From: Chiloscyllium plagiosum
Taxonomy: Eukaryota
Direction: 5' to 3'
Length of the DNA stretch: 64,000 nucleotides
Assembly (NCBI RefSeq): GCF_004010195.1
Contig: NC_057719.1
Span: forward strand, 58,091,823 to 58,155,822
In this document: positions 1 to 12,046 of the stretch, in pieces
Layout of the letters: every line of letters starts with the position of its first letter
Position numbering within the stretch: the first letter of the stretch is position 1
The notes under the pieces: generated by a model
Told to the model about the DNA's origin: nothing
What the model saw: only the letters and a program-made list of their open reading frames with translations
Databases searched by the model: none
Translations under genes and position numbers: made by a program

Positions 1-130
1 CAACCTCATGGTCCAGCATAGTCTCAACTCGACCATCATCATCAAGCAAGGGATTGATCCTGGATCAATGAGGAGTGCAAAGGGCATGACAGGAGCAGCA
101 CCAGACATAACTAAACAAAATGAGAGGTAA
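1..130 (+). mobile_element. Decayed fragment of a second CR1-clade LINE family (ORF2 region between endonuclease and RT)
   Basis: Degenerate LINE ORF2-like sequence; judged by eye to be the same family as 41120-42320. Confidence 0.45.
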
Positions 131-140
131 GAGCCAAAGC

Positions 141-243
141 AATGTTTTGGGCAAGACCCCTTCACCAGGACTTCCCTCTTGCCCAAAACATTAATTCTCC
201 TGCTCCTTGGATTCTGCCTGACCTTCTGTGCTTTTCCAGGACC
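141..243 (+). mobile_element. PLE terminal mini-element with inverted degenerate hammerhead half; tail resumes at 7159-7200
   Basis: 16-bp inverted repeat AATGTTTTGGGCAAGA (141-156)/TCTTGCCCAAAACATT (177-192), then TCTCCTGCTCCTTGGATTCTGCCTGACC...CTTTTCCAG, matching the tail at 4194-4254 and 60873-60971. Confidence 0.75.
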
Positions 244-861
244 CAGGAAGGATTCAAGGTAATCCATGATGGAGGACTGGAAAAATTTCTGGCTGTAACA
301 GGCTGCTTCTTTTTTGAGGTATTTTAGGTGTTGGAGGTGATTTCCTCAAATTCCAGAGCAGCAATTACTGTTTTATATGCTGTTGCAATTGTATTGGAAC
401 TTTGAAAAACAACAGCATTTTTAAAAAGGAAAAGGACTGACAAAGGCAGTGAGCACATGGTCTGTAAGGGAGAGAGAGAGAGAAAGAAACCCACACTGCT
501 ACCTGACACAATAGTGAATCTGCACAGTTACTGCCTTTGCTGTTTGAATTAATGTATCACTGGAGATCGGAGTGTGTCTAGGAAAACGTAAACAGCGAAA
601 TTCACAAATGATCTTTAAGGAACCTGTTTGGGAGAGGTCACAGCACAGAAACAGATAACTAAATAGTTTTAAGTATAGCCTTGCTGTATATCTACAATAC
701 TGAGTAGAGTGGGTTCTTTCTTGATTATATTATTTATTAGGATCGGTCTCTTGATTAAATTTTAAAATTATAAGCCATAAATATTAAGTTAGCTGGGAGC
801 AGTGTTTTGTTGAGCAATAAGACGGTGCTATTTTCTGGGTCTGTAGATTGGAAGGAGCAAA

Positions 862-1791
862 ATGGCCTTTAGTAAAGTGATATGCACTTCCTGTTGGGTG
901 TGGGAGTTTCAGGAGAGTTTAAGGGTTACTGAGGATTATATCTGCAATAAATGTCATTAGTTGTGAATCCTGTCAGAGTGAATGGATTGGTTAGAACGAT
1001 AGTTAGAGGCAATGAGGAATTTGCCAGAGCTAGGATGTATGACGGATGACAATTATAGGAAGGGAGAAAAGCTGTAGATACAGTCAGGTAGATGGGTTAA
1101 CTCCAAGAAAGTGAGAAGAGGTAGGTGGGTAATGCAGGATTCTTCTGTGGCTATTACCATTTCAAACAAGCATGCTGTTTTGGAAAGTGTAGTGGTGATG
1201 GACTTTCAAGGTAATGTAGCATGAACAGCCAAGTTTCTGGTATCAAGACTGCTCTAATGTAATGAGGGGTACATTGGGTTCCAAGTGATCGATTGTGTTT
1301 GAGGACACTCTAGTCAGGGGTACAGATAGACATTGCTACGGCCAGCAGCAAAACATCAGAATGGTGTGTTGCCTCCCTGGTGCCAGCAGAAAGGATTTCT
1401 TAGAGAGGGTGCAGAATGCTCTCAAAGGGGAGAGGGACCAGCAGGAGGTCATTGTACACCTTGTTACCAATGGCATAGGAAGGGAAAAGGATAAGATTCT
1501 GAAGGGAGAATATAGAAAGTTATGCAGGAATTTAAAAAGGTCCTCAAGGGTAATAATATCTGGATTACTCCTGGTGCTACAAGCTACTGAGGGTAGGACT
1601 AGGAGGATAGAACAGATGAATGCGTGGTTGAAGAGCTGGTTTATGGGAGAAGGATTCACATTTTTGGATCATAGGAATCTCTTCTAGGATAGAAGTGACC
1701 TATATAAGAAGGACAGATTGCACCTGAATTGGAATGGGACGAACATACTGGCAGGGATATTTGCTAGAGCTGCTCAGAAGGATTAAACTAG
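862..1791 (+). pseudogene. CR1 ORF1: zinc finger/leucine zipper plus SGNH-type esterase domain (disrupted)
   Basis: ATG at 862 reads MAFSKVICTSC...YICNKC (CxxC..CxxC); then EDTLVRG (GDS-like), MVCCLPGA, VIVHLVTNGI, DRLHLN; internal stops. Confidence 0.8.
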
Positions 1792-3357
1792 TAAGGAGGG
1801 TGGGGGAGGGGGCGTGGTGGGGGACCCAGGGAAATACTGAGGAAAGAGATCAATCTGAGACTGGTACAGTTGAGAAGACATGCGAGTCAAATAGTCAGGG
1901 CAGGCAGGACCAAAGCAGAGGACAAGGTAGAACTGATCAATTAAACTGCATTTATTTCAATGCAAGAGGCCTAACAATGAAGGCAGATGAATTCAGGGCA
2001 TGGTTAGGAAAATGGGACTGGGATATCATAGTAATTACAGAAACAGGACTCAGGGATGGACAGGACTGGCAGCTTAATGTTCCAGGATGCACATGCAATA
2101 GGAAGGATAGGAAGGGAGACAAGAGAGGAGGGAGTGTGGCATTTTTGACAAGGGATAGCATTACAGCTGAACTTAGGGAGGATATTCCTGGAAATACATC
2201 CAGGGAAGATATTCGTGTGAAACTAAGAAAAAAGAAAGGGATGATCACCTTATTGCGATTGTATTATAGGCCCCCTAATAGTCAGCAGAAAATTCAGAAA
2301 CAAATTTGTAAGGAAATTTCTGTTATGTGTAAGAATAATATGGTTATGGGAGGGGATTTTAACTTTCCAAACAGACGAGGATTGCCATAATATTAAGGAT
2401 TTAAATGGAGAGGAATTTGTTCTGAGTGTACAAGAAAATTTTCTGAATCAGTATGTGGATATCAACCAGAGAATGTGCAAAACTTGACCTCCTCTTGAGA
2501 AATAAGGCAGGGCAAGTGACTGAGGTGTCAGTGGGGGAGCATTTGGGGCAGTGACCATAATTCTATTAGTTTTAAAATAGTGATGGAAAAGGGTCCCACT
2601 GTTGAAGTTCTAAATTGGAGAAAGGCTAATTTTGATCGTATTGGGCAAGAACTTTCAAAAGCTGATCGGGTGCAGATGTTCATGGGTAAAGGGACGGCTG
2701 GAAAATGGGAAGCCTTCAAAAATGAGATAACTAGAGTCCAGAGACAGTTTATTCCTTTTAAGGTGAAAAGAAAGGCTGGTAGGAATAGGGAATGCTGGAT
2801 GACTAAAGAAATTTATGGTTTGGTTAAGAAAAAGAAGGAAGCATATGTCAGGTATAGACAGGAGAGATTGAGTGAATGCTTAGAAGAGTATAAAGGCAGT
2901 AGGAGTCTGCTTAACAGGGAAATCAGGAGGGCAAAAAAGGGGACAGGAGATAGCTTTGGCAAAAAGGGTTAAGAAGAATCCAAAGGGTTTTGACAAATAG
3001 ATTAAGGACAAAAGGATAACTAGGGAACGAATAGGACCCCTCAAAGATGCCTGCCTCTTCGTAGGATATGTGGAACAGTCCATCTTCCGCAACTACACTG
3101 GCCCCACCCCCCACCTTTTCCTCCGCTACATCGATGACTGTATCAGCGCCGCCTCGTGCTCCCACGAGGAGGTTGAACAGTTCATCCACTTCACCAACAC
3201 CTTCCACCCCAACCTCAAATTCACCTGGACAGTCTCACATTCCTCCCTCCCCTTCCTTGACCTTTCTATTTCTATCTCAGGCGACCGAATCAACACGGAC
3301 ATCTACTACAAACCAACCGACTCCCACAGCTACCTGGACTACACCACCTCCCATCCT

Positions 3358-4001
3358 NNNNNNNNNNNNNNNNNNNNNNNNNNNNNNNNNNNNNNNNNNN
3401 NNNNNNNNNNNNNNNNNNNNNNNNNNNNNNNNNNNNNNNNNNNNNNNNNNNNNNNNNNNNNNNNNNNNNNNNNNNNNNNNNNNNNNNNNNNNNNNNNNNN
3501 NNNNNNNNNNNNNNNNNNNNNNNNNNNNNNNNNNNNNNNNNNNNNNNNNNNNNNNNNNNNNNNNNNNNNNNNNNNNNNNNNNNNNNNNNNNNNNNNNNNN
3601 NNNNNNNNNNNNNNNNNNNNNNNNNNNNNNNNNNNNNNNNNNNNNNNNNNNNNNNNNNNNNNNNNNNNNNNNNNNNNNNNNNNNNNNNNNNNNNNNNNNN
3701 NNNNNNNNNNNNNNNNNNNNNNNNNNNNNNNNNNNNNNNNNNNNNNNNNNNNNNNNNNNNNNNNNNNNNNNNNNNNNNNNNNNNNNNNNNNNNNNNNNNN
3801 NNNNNNNNNNNNNNNNNNNNNNNNNNNNNNNNNNNNNNNNNNNNNNNNNNNNNNNNNNNNNNNNNNNNNNNNNNNNNNNNNNNNNNNNNNNNNNNNNNNN
3901 NNNNNNNNNNNNNNNNNNNNNNNNNNNNNNNNNNNNNNNNNNNNNNNNNNNNNNNNNNNNNNNNNNNNNNNNNNNNNNNNNNNNNNNNNNNNNNNNNNNN
4001 N
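3358..4001. other. Assembly gap
   Basis: Run of N. Confidence 1.
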
Positions 4002-4161
4002 CCTTCCTAACCTGCAATCTTCTTCCTGACCTCTCCGCCCCCACCCCAGTCTGACCTATCACCCTCACCTTGACCTCTTTCCACCTATCGCATTTCTGAC
4101 GCCCCTCCCCCAAGTCACTCCTCCCTACCTTTTATCTTAGCCTGCTGGACAAACTTTCCTC

Positions 4162-4197
4162 ATTCCTGAAGAAGGGCTTATGCCCGAAACGTCGATT
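4162..4197 (+). ncRNA. Minimal hammerhead ribozyme motif (PLE-type)
   Basis: ATTC-CTGAAGA-A-GGGC-TTAT-GCCC-GAAA-CGTC-GATT: intact core, 4-bp stem II, ACGT palindrome in place of stem III, weak stem I. Confidence 0.75.
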
Positions 4198-5940
4198 CTC
4201 CTGTTCCCTGGATGCTGCCTGACCTGCTGCGCTTCTCCAGCAACATATTTTCAGCCCCTCAAAGATCAGCAAGGCAGCCTTTGTGTGGAATCGCAGGAGA
4301 TAGGGGAGATACTAAATGAGTATTTTGCATCAGTGTCTACTGTGGAGAAGGACATAGAAGATTTGGAGGTGGGGAAATAGATGGTGACATCTTGAAAAAG
4401 TCCATATTACAGAGGAGGCAGTGCTGGATGTCTTGAAACGGTTAAAGGTAGATAAATCCCCAGGACTTGATAAGGTGTACCCGAGCACACTGTGGGACGT
4501 TGGCTAACGTGATACCATTATTTAAGAAAGGTGATAAGGTCCTACAGACCTACAGGGAACTACAGACCTGTGAGCCTGACGTCGGTGTGGGCAAGTTGTT
4601 GGAAGGAATCCTGAGGGACAGGATTCATACGTATTTGGAAAGGCAAGGACTGAGGGATAGTCAACATGGCTTTGTGTGTGGGAAATCATCTCATGAACTT
4701 GATTTAGTTTTTTGAACAAATAACAAAGATGATTGATGAGGCCAGAGTGGTGGGCAAGATCTATATGGACTTCAGTAAGGCATTTGACAAGGTGACCCAT
4801 AGGAGACTGCTTAGCAAGGTTAGATCTCACGGAATACAGGGAGAACTAGCCATTTGGATAAAGAATTGGCTTGAAGGTAGAAGACAGAGGGTGGTGGTGG
4901 AGGGTTGTTTTTCAGACTGGAGGCCTGTGACCAGTGGAGTGCCGCAAGGATCGGTGCTGGGTTCTCTACTTTTTTTGTCATTTACATAAATGATTTGGAT
5001 ACGAGCATAAGTGGTACAGTTAGTAAGTTTGAAGATGACACCAAAATGGGAGATGTAGTGGACAGCAAAAAAGGTCACCTCAGATTACCACTGGAGCATG
5101 ATCAGATGGTTTAAGGGTCTGAGGAATGGCAGATGGTGTTCAATTTAGATAAATGTGAGGTGCTGCATTTTGGGAATGCAAATTTTAGCAGGACGTATAC
5201 ACTGAATGGCCATGTCCTTGGGAGTGCTGAACAAAGAGACCTTGGAGTGCAAGTTCACAGCTCCTTGAAAGTAGAGTCGCAGGTAGATAGGACAGTGAAG
5301 GAGGTATTTGATATGCTTGCCTTTATTGGTCAGAGCACTGAGTACAGGAGTTGGGAGGTCGTGTTGCAGCTGTACAGAACATTGGTTAGACCACTTTTGG
5401 AATATTGCGTGCAATTCTGGTCTCCTTTCTATTGGAAAGATGTTGCAAAACTTGAAAGGGTTCAGAAAAGATTTACAAGGATGTTGTCAGAGTTGGAGGA
5501 TTTTAGCTAAAGGGAGAGGCTAAATCGGCTGGGGCTGTTTTCCCTGGAGCATCGAAGGCTCAGGGCGACCTCATAGAGATTTATAAAATCATGAGGGGCA
5601 TGGATAGGATAAATAGGCAATGTCTTTTCCCTGGGATGGAAGAATCCAGAACTGGAGGGCATAGGTTTAGGGAAAGAGGGGAAAGATATAAAAGAGACCC
5701 AAGGGGCAACTTTTTCACGCAAACGGTGATACATGTATGGAATGAGCTGCCAGAGGAAGTGGTGGAGGCTGGTACAATTGCAACATTTAAAAGGCATCTG
5801 GATGGGTATTTGAATAGGAAGGGTTTAGAGGAACATGGGCCAAGTGCTGGCTAATGGGACCAGATTAGATTGGGCTATCTGGTTGGCATGGCCGAGTTGG
5901 ATCAAAGGGTCTATTTCCATGCTGTACATCTCTCTGACTC

Positions 5941-6040
5941 CAAGATTAGTTGTGAATTTCCCTGTTTGTTAATTTTCCCAGATGCACTCCGATATCCAGC
6001 GATACATGAATTCAAACAGCAAAGGTGGTAACTGTGCAGG

Positions 6041-6075
<35 letters not shown>

Positions 6076-6080
6076 GCACT
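5941..6080 (-). mobile_element. Inverted CR1 5'UTR fragment including (CT)n
   Basis: Reverse complement (AGAGAG...CTGCACAGTTACCACCTTTGCTGTTTGAATTCATGTATCGCTGGATATCGGAGTG...GAAATTCACAA) aligns to about 470-615. Confidence 0.85.
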
Positions 6081-7158
6081 GTATATGTATTTGGAAAGGC
6101 AAGGACTGATTCGGGATAGTCAACGTAGCTTTGTGCGTGGGAAATCATGTCTCACAAACTTGATTGAGTTTTTTGATGAAGTAACAAAGAAGATTGATGA
6201 GGGCAGAGCAGAAGATGTGATCTGCATGGACTTCAGTAAGGTGTGCAACAAGGTTCCCCATGGGAAACTGATTAGCAAGGTTAGATCTCATGGAATAAAG
6301 GGAGAACTAGCCATTTGGATACAGAACTGGCTCAAAGGTAGAAGACAGAGGGTGGTGGTGGNNNNNNNNNNNNNNNNNNNNNNNNNNNNNNNNNNNNNNN
6401 NNNNNNNNNNNNNNNNNNNNNNNNNNNNNNNNNNNNNNNNNNNNNNNNNNNNNNNNNNNNNNNNNNNNNNNNNNNNNNNNGAAAGTGGAGTCGCAGGTAG
6501 ATAGGATAGTGAAGAAGGCATTTGGTATGCTTTCCTTTATTGGTCAGAGTATTGAGTACAAAAGTTGGGAGGTCATGTTGCAGCTGTACAGGACATTGGT
6601 TAGGCCACTGTTGGAATATTGCGTGCAATTCTGGTCTCCTTCCTATCGGAAAGATGTTGTGAAGCTTGAAAGGATTCAGAAAAGATTTACAAGGATGTTG
6701 CCAGGATTGGAGGATCTGAGCTACAGTGAGAGGCTGAACAGGCTGGGGCTGTTTTCCCTGGAGCGTCGGAGGCTGAGGGGTGACCTTATAGAGGTTTACA
6801 AAATTATGAGGGGAATGGATAGGGTAAATAGGCAAAGTCTTTTTCCTGGGGTCGGGGAGTCCAGAACTAGAGGGCATAGGTTTATGGTGGGCGGGGAAAG
6901 ATATAAAAGAGACCTAAGGGGCAACGTTTTCATACAGAGGGTAGTACGTGTATGGAATGAGTTGCCAGAGGAAGTGGTGGAGGCTGGTACAATTGCAACA
7001 TTTAAGAGGCATTTGGATAGGTATATGATTGGAAGGGTTTGGAGGGATATGGGCCGGGTGCTGGCAGGTGGGACTAGATTGTTTTGGGATATCTGGTCGG
7101 CATGGACGGGTTGGACCAAGGGTCTGTTTCCATGCTGTACATCTCTATGACTCTATGA
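6081..7158 (+). mobile_element. 5'-truncated CR1 LINE (contains N gap 6362-6480)
   Basis: RT motifs KSCLTNLIEFF, MDFSK, LYRTLVRPLLEYCVQFWSP; (CTCTATGA)2 tail. Confidence 0.93.
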
Positions 7159-7209
7159 CACTCTCAACTCTGATCTCCAGCAGCTGCAATCCTCACTTTC
7201 ACTAAAGAA

Positions 7210-8150
7210 AAGGCCCTCAACAATCTGTACTGGTCCTCAATGTTTGCAATTGACATTAATAATGAAGATGAAGGGAGTGAAGGTCTGGTGACTAAATTTA
7301 TAGCTGATGCAAAGACAGGTGTAAACGTATGTCATGATCAGACAGAATAGGATATAAACAGATAGAGAGAGGTTGAGTGAGTGATCAGAATCTAGCAGAT
7401 GATGCATAATGTGCAAAGTCATTCAAGTTGGCAGGCAAAATAAAAAAAAATTAAATGGAGAACACCTGCAGAATTCCAAGGTGCAGAGAGATCCAGATGT
7501 TCCAGTAAGAGTCAAAAAAGTTTAGAATACAGTTACAGCAAGTAATTAAGGCTGATGGAATGCTACCCTTTATTACAAGAAGAATTGAAATAAGGATGTT
7601 ATGCTTCAGTTATGCAGAGTATTAGGGAAAAAACACCTTGAATACTGTGTGTAGCTTTGGTCTCCATTTTCAAAGAAGAGCATAACTGTGTTGACAGCAA
7701 TTCAGGAGGTTTGTTATATTAAAACCTGGAATTAGCAGGCTGTATCATAAGGACAGATTGGTCTTGTTTCCACCGGAGTTTGGAAGAGTGAGGGCCATTT
7801 GTTGAAGTATATATGATCATGAAAGGTCTTGACAAGGTGACTGAAAAGGTGAATGACATTTGTAAGCTGGAAAAATAATGTAAAAGTTAAAAGTTAAAAT
7901 TAAATTTAAGTTTAAAAACTGGCATCGGCCTGTTAGGACAAAGAGGGAAGAGCTTTGTGAGACTTTGGAACTCTCTCCATCAGAAGGTGTTGCAAGCGGA
8001 ATCATTGAATATCTTTAAGGTGGAATTAGATTGATTCTCTTGACTAACCAGAATCTAAATTCTCAGGGATGGATGAAATGTGGAATTTGAAACACAAACG
8101 GATTAGCCATGAGCTTACTGAATGGCAAAGCCAAATAGCCTATTCCTTCC
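7210..8150 (+). mobile_element. Old decayed CR1 3' portion
   Basis: Remnants of AAATTTATAGCTGATGCAAAG (KFADD-like), CTTGAATACTGTGTGTAGCTTTGGTCTCC and a CR1 3'UTR. Confidence 0.7.
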
Positions 8151-8294
8151 CCCAATTCTTTTATTTAATATGTTCATATATAACCATTTGATGTTAAAAT
8201 TGTGAGCTTCTCTTTGTTATGTAGTGTTGCATTGATGCAACAACTTGAACATTTAAGGTTAATATAATAGAGCTAAGGGCTGACAAAGTTGAGG

Positions 8295-8558
8295 AGAGAA
8301 AGATTTAAAAGGAACCCGACAGGCAACTTTTGACATAGAGTGTTGGTCATATGTGGAATGAACTACCAGAGGAAGTGGTAGATGCAAGTAAAATTACAAC
8401 ATATAAAAAACATTGTGGACAGGTCCATGAATAGGAAAGGTTCAAAGGGATATGGGCCAAACACAGACAAGTGGGACAAGCTTAGTTTGAGAAATTTGGT
8501 TGGCATGGACAATTTGGACTGAAGGGTCTCTTTATACTGTGTGTCTCTATGATTCTAT
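8295..8558 (+). mobile_element. CR1 3'-end fragment
   Basis: TGGAATGAACTACCAGAGGAAGTGGT...GAAGGGTCTC...CTCTATGATTCTAT tail. Confidence 0.85.
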
Positions 8559-11500
8559 AAACATTAACCCACTTATTGCAACATTTTACAGAGCCTCCAT
8601 GGTAGAAAATAATACACAAAATGAAAAATACTCATTTCCATTGGTTTAACAATTATGTTACCAATCAGTTTTGCATTCAAGTTCAAGATTATGAATTTCA
8701 GCTTTTTGACTTTGATGAGGTTTGTGTTTTCTTTTCACATCCAATTGGCATATCAAATAATTTGGTACTGTAAACAACTCTTTGTGACTTTTATATGTCT
8801 GTAAGCCTGATTTGCAATCAACATTTCAAAGCTAAGAAAATAATTCTGTTCAAAACAATATGTTGTGGCTAATCTCCAGTAAATTGGCTACAAATAATTT
8901 CCCCTCAATCTCCTTTCGATCAGGTGCAAAGCAAACCAGAGTTCCTTTCATAGAGTGACAAACTAGAGTCATGACAAAACAGTCAATTTCAAATTTCAAA
9001 TAGCGTAGAATTTATTGGATTTTTGTGATCCAACATGAGATGAAGTTCTGCCTCCATTGCACACACCAGATTTTATAACCATCCTAAACTTTCAGATATA
9101 CTATTCGTGAAGATTTGGATAACAGGGCAGGTCTTGAGGTCTAGGAATGGGTGGGCTTAGGGGTCGGGACAATTCTGAAATGAAACAGAATTGGGTACGT
9201 GATTTCTAAATAAATAAGCACTCTTAGAAACTTGATATAGGTGAACTGATACAAGTCAGCATGTGACAGAGTCATTGGAACAGTGTTCATCAGCAGATAA
9301 CATGTGAATGTAAAGCTATCTTGGAATCCGGTTATTCCTCAATAAAGAACCTTTTTGATTTACAGTACCAATAATTGGTATAATAGATAATAGAGTTTTG
9401 TTAAGAACAAATAACACAACATAATGACAGCTATGCACTATGTGGTGTCAGTGATTTGCATTTAATGAGGATCACAAAGTGGTGATATTGCTGGGAATTG
9501 GACAAGCCATAAAAGCTAGGAAATGCTGCCAAATGACTGAAAAGCAAATAATCATGTTCACTTGAAACCCATTCTGAAAATCACCCTTGCGGATTGTACT
9601 CTGAAAGAGTGAGTAATTGAAAAGGGAGGTATATTAGAATGGTGCTTGACCAAGTGTGCTGGAATTAAGCCGGATAATTTAATGTGCAGGACAGCAAACT
9701 TGTTCAGCATTGAGAGGTTTCATGCCATGGAATCTCCCAATGCAAAGGCCAAAAACCTCCACACAGATATTGAACTCAGGACATGGCAGAGGATTATGCT
9801 GCATGTGCAGTACACCTGCACTGTTTTCATTACTATCAAAGAAAAGTCATTTCAGGGGAATGTCTTGGGAATTAAAATTCTTGAGAAGTAAGAAATGATG
9901 TCATGACAACTAAAATTATGAATTGACCATTTTAAACAAATTCAAATTGTTTAGAGATCATGTGGAATTGTGCTCTTAGATTTAGTAGGGCTTTGCAGTA
10001 AAGATAGGATAAGGAATGCAAATGAAAACCTTCATCACATCAACACCCCTGGATTATCAAAAGCAGACATAAAGACCAGTCTAATCTCTGGACAACACTG
10101 GAAGATCAGTTGGGTATGAAAGTTAACTTCAGAATCTATCAGCTCTAACTAATAGCCAATAGAGGCCAGTTCAAATAAACTGTTATGCATTTTTGTTTAG
10201 TAGTCTTCAGGCAAAAGCGAGAGATTATCAATTTGACCCCAACAGGAAATGGTCAGTTGAGCAGCAACAATAAGAATATGTTTGTCAAGTACCATATTAA
10301 GCATTAAAGACGACATGGGGAAAGAAAAATAATTTTGTAAATGAGCAAACTTGCTATATAATGACTGTCATGCAGCATGTAGATTCAATCAACCAACTGG
10401 GAGTTTTCATCACAGTTGAGACTGTGTGTGGAATCATCTGTTCTTGTGAGTGGTGAGTTTGAAAGCAGGAAGGGTATTTAATGTGGTAAGGTGTTAGTGT
10501 AGTTCATACCTGCCAATTATTCCACTGGAATTAACATCTGAGTGCAAAGGTCCAATATCAAACTTCGTGCACTGTTGCCAATTGTGGCCCTTAAGTGACC
10601 AATTAATGAACACTAAAGGACCTTATCCCACCACCAATATGATTAATACAGCTCCAGGAATGCCTGATGCCATACAACATGCTTGGCAGGTGAAATTGTA
10701 TAGGCCTCTTGGCACAATGTGGGGACTGGGCAATCCCTTCCTCAAAGGCAATCAGTGTCTGTTCAAGGGACTGAACATCAGCAAGTGAAGCTACAGAGAG
10801 TCACACTATTGACCTACAGTAAATACTCAGATGTTTACTCAATGAAGTCAGAGTATTCAATCTAGCTAAAAAGAGGTAGGCTCAACAAACAATCTACTAC
10901 ATAGGAGTATTCATGTTGAAGTCTCAATATGGATGTTTTGCATGGTTGTCACAAGGCTTTCTATGTTTCATGGTACTACTTTTACAATGTGGAAAGCTTG
11001 TTTGCCCTCTGGTTCAAAGTTCTTCCTAGTACATGCAAGTGCTGTTCTTTGGCTACAATGACTTGTATTTTTGCCAACTGTTAGCACTGAATTGATGCTG
11101 TGACCTATCTTTGCTCCTCGTGGTCTTTTAGATAGGTTGAGGCATTATCTACTCCAACAGTTCAGACTCTGAAAAATTGCATTCATTGTCCTGTGTACAG
11201 CATCTACTAACAAATTAATCTATTGATTCTTGTGGGGTCTTGGATATAGAATGTAATTCTAAGCAATGCATTCTAAAGTTAACTCTCACTTCCATATCAT
11301 TTCAGGAGCCCTCTCGGCCTTTTCACATTAAATTGAAGTATTGCCTCCCTCATTTACAACCATTATCAGCATTTTCATGACCTGTTTAAGTAATTCTGCA
11401 ACTGCTTGATTTATGAAGCACAGATGCATTCTTTGTTTAAAAAGTTTCATCTCAAATAAGACATTGGTGGCCTTCTAGTTCCTGCTGGGTATTTTGTATA

Positions 11501-11828
11501 TCCTTTTGCCTTTTTCAGACACTAACGTTTTAGCAATCCAATTCTAATGGGGACACTGTATGTAACTTCAGTGGTGCTTCTGCTGTGCTCCCTCCATTAT
11601 CTTTTATGTCATTTTGCAATATAGTTTACTTTGTGTCCTCCATGTGTCTCTTCAGCACTGTAATTTGACTTACTTTTCTATTTATGACTTAAAACATGTT
11701 GATTCTTAATCTGTTACTTTTGCACTGTTCCACATTGCAGCCTGCTCTGGTTTTCCCTTTGTTTGAGTGTAGGTTAGTTTGTTTTTTATTTAGTGCATGC
11801 TGACTCCTAAAGGCCTGTTAAGTTGTAA

Positions 11829-12046
11829 AGTAAGTTCACCACAGTCCCAGAGAACCATTGAGTTGTTCTCTCATTAGAGAGACAATTGGTGCTAGATTAA
11901 CCTTAGGGTCAACATGCCTCAAGCGAGAAAGGTTGAGAAGAACAGTCCTTCATGGTAACCCACTATCAGTGTAGGAATTGAACCCACACTGTTGGCATCA
12001 TTCTATATTGCAAGCTAGCCATCTAACCAACTGAGCTAATCAGCCT
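11829..12046 (-). mobile_element. tRNA-derived SINE (family B)
   Basis: Minus-strand A box TAGCTCAGTTGG and B box GGTTCAATTCC; 15-bp TSD CCTGTTAAGTTGTAA/CCTGTTAAATTGTAA (11814-11828, 12047-12061); second copy at about 38785-38950. Confidence 0.8.

Larger units (their letters stand above)
3049..4254 (+). mobile_element. 5'-truncated Penelope-like retroelement inserted in CR1 ORF2
   Basis: PLE RT motifs ACLFVGYVEQ, FLRYIDD, LPFLDLSI, IYYKPTDSHSYLDY; C-rich 3' region and hammerhead tail; 12-bp TSD CCCCTCAAAGAT (3037-3048, 4255-4266). Confidence 0.92.
1930..5854 (+). pseudogene. CR1 ORF2 endonuclease/reverse transcriptase (fragmented)
   Basis: ORF-track pieces 1734-2390, 2580-2972, 4729-4989, 5133-5510 and 5591-5854 are collinear APE, RT and C-terminal segments. 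Confidence 0.9.
244..5940 (+). mobile_element. Near full-length CR1 (HER1-like) LINE, inactivated
   Basis: 5'UTR with (GA)n, ORF1, then ORF2 with APE motifs (CIYFNARGL, ITETGL, YRPPNS, GGDFNFP) and RT motifs (YMDFSKAFDKV, SGVPQGSVLG, KFEDDTK); CR1 3'UTR ending CTCTCTGACTC; many stops and frameshifts; interrupted by a PLE at 3049-4254. Confidence 0.93.

Noticed and set aside
3068..4113. Long ORFs of 278-328 aa
   Set aside because: Their length comes from reading through the N gap; only the RT segment 3049-3357 is informative.
10586..10622. Imperfect palindrome GGCCCTTAAGTG..CACTAAAGGACC as a structured RNA
   Set aside because: Short and mismatched; more likely part of a decayed interspersed repeat, with no further support.
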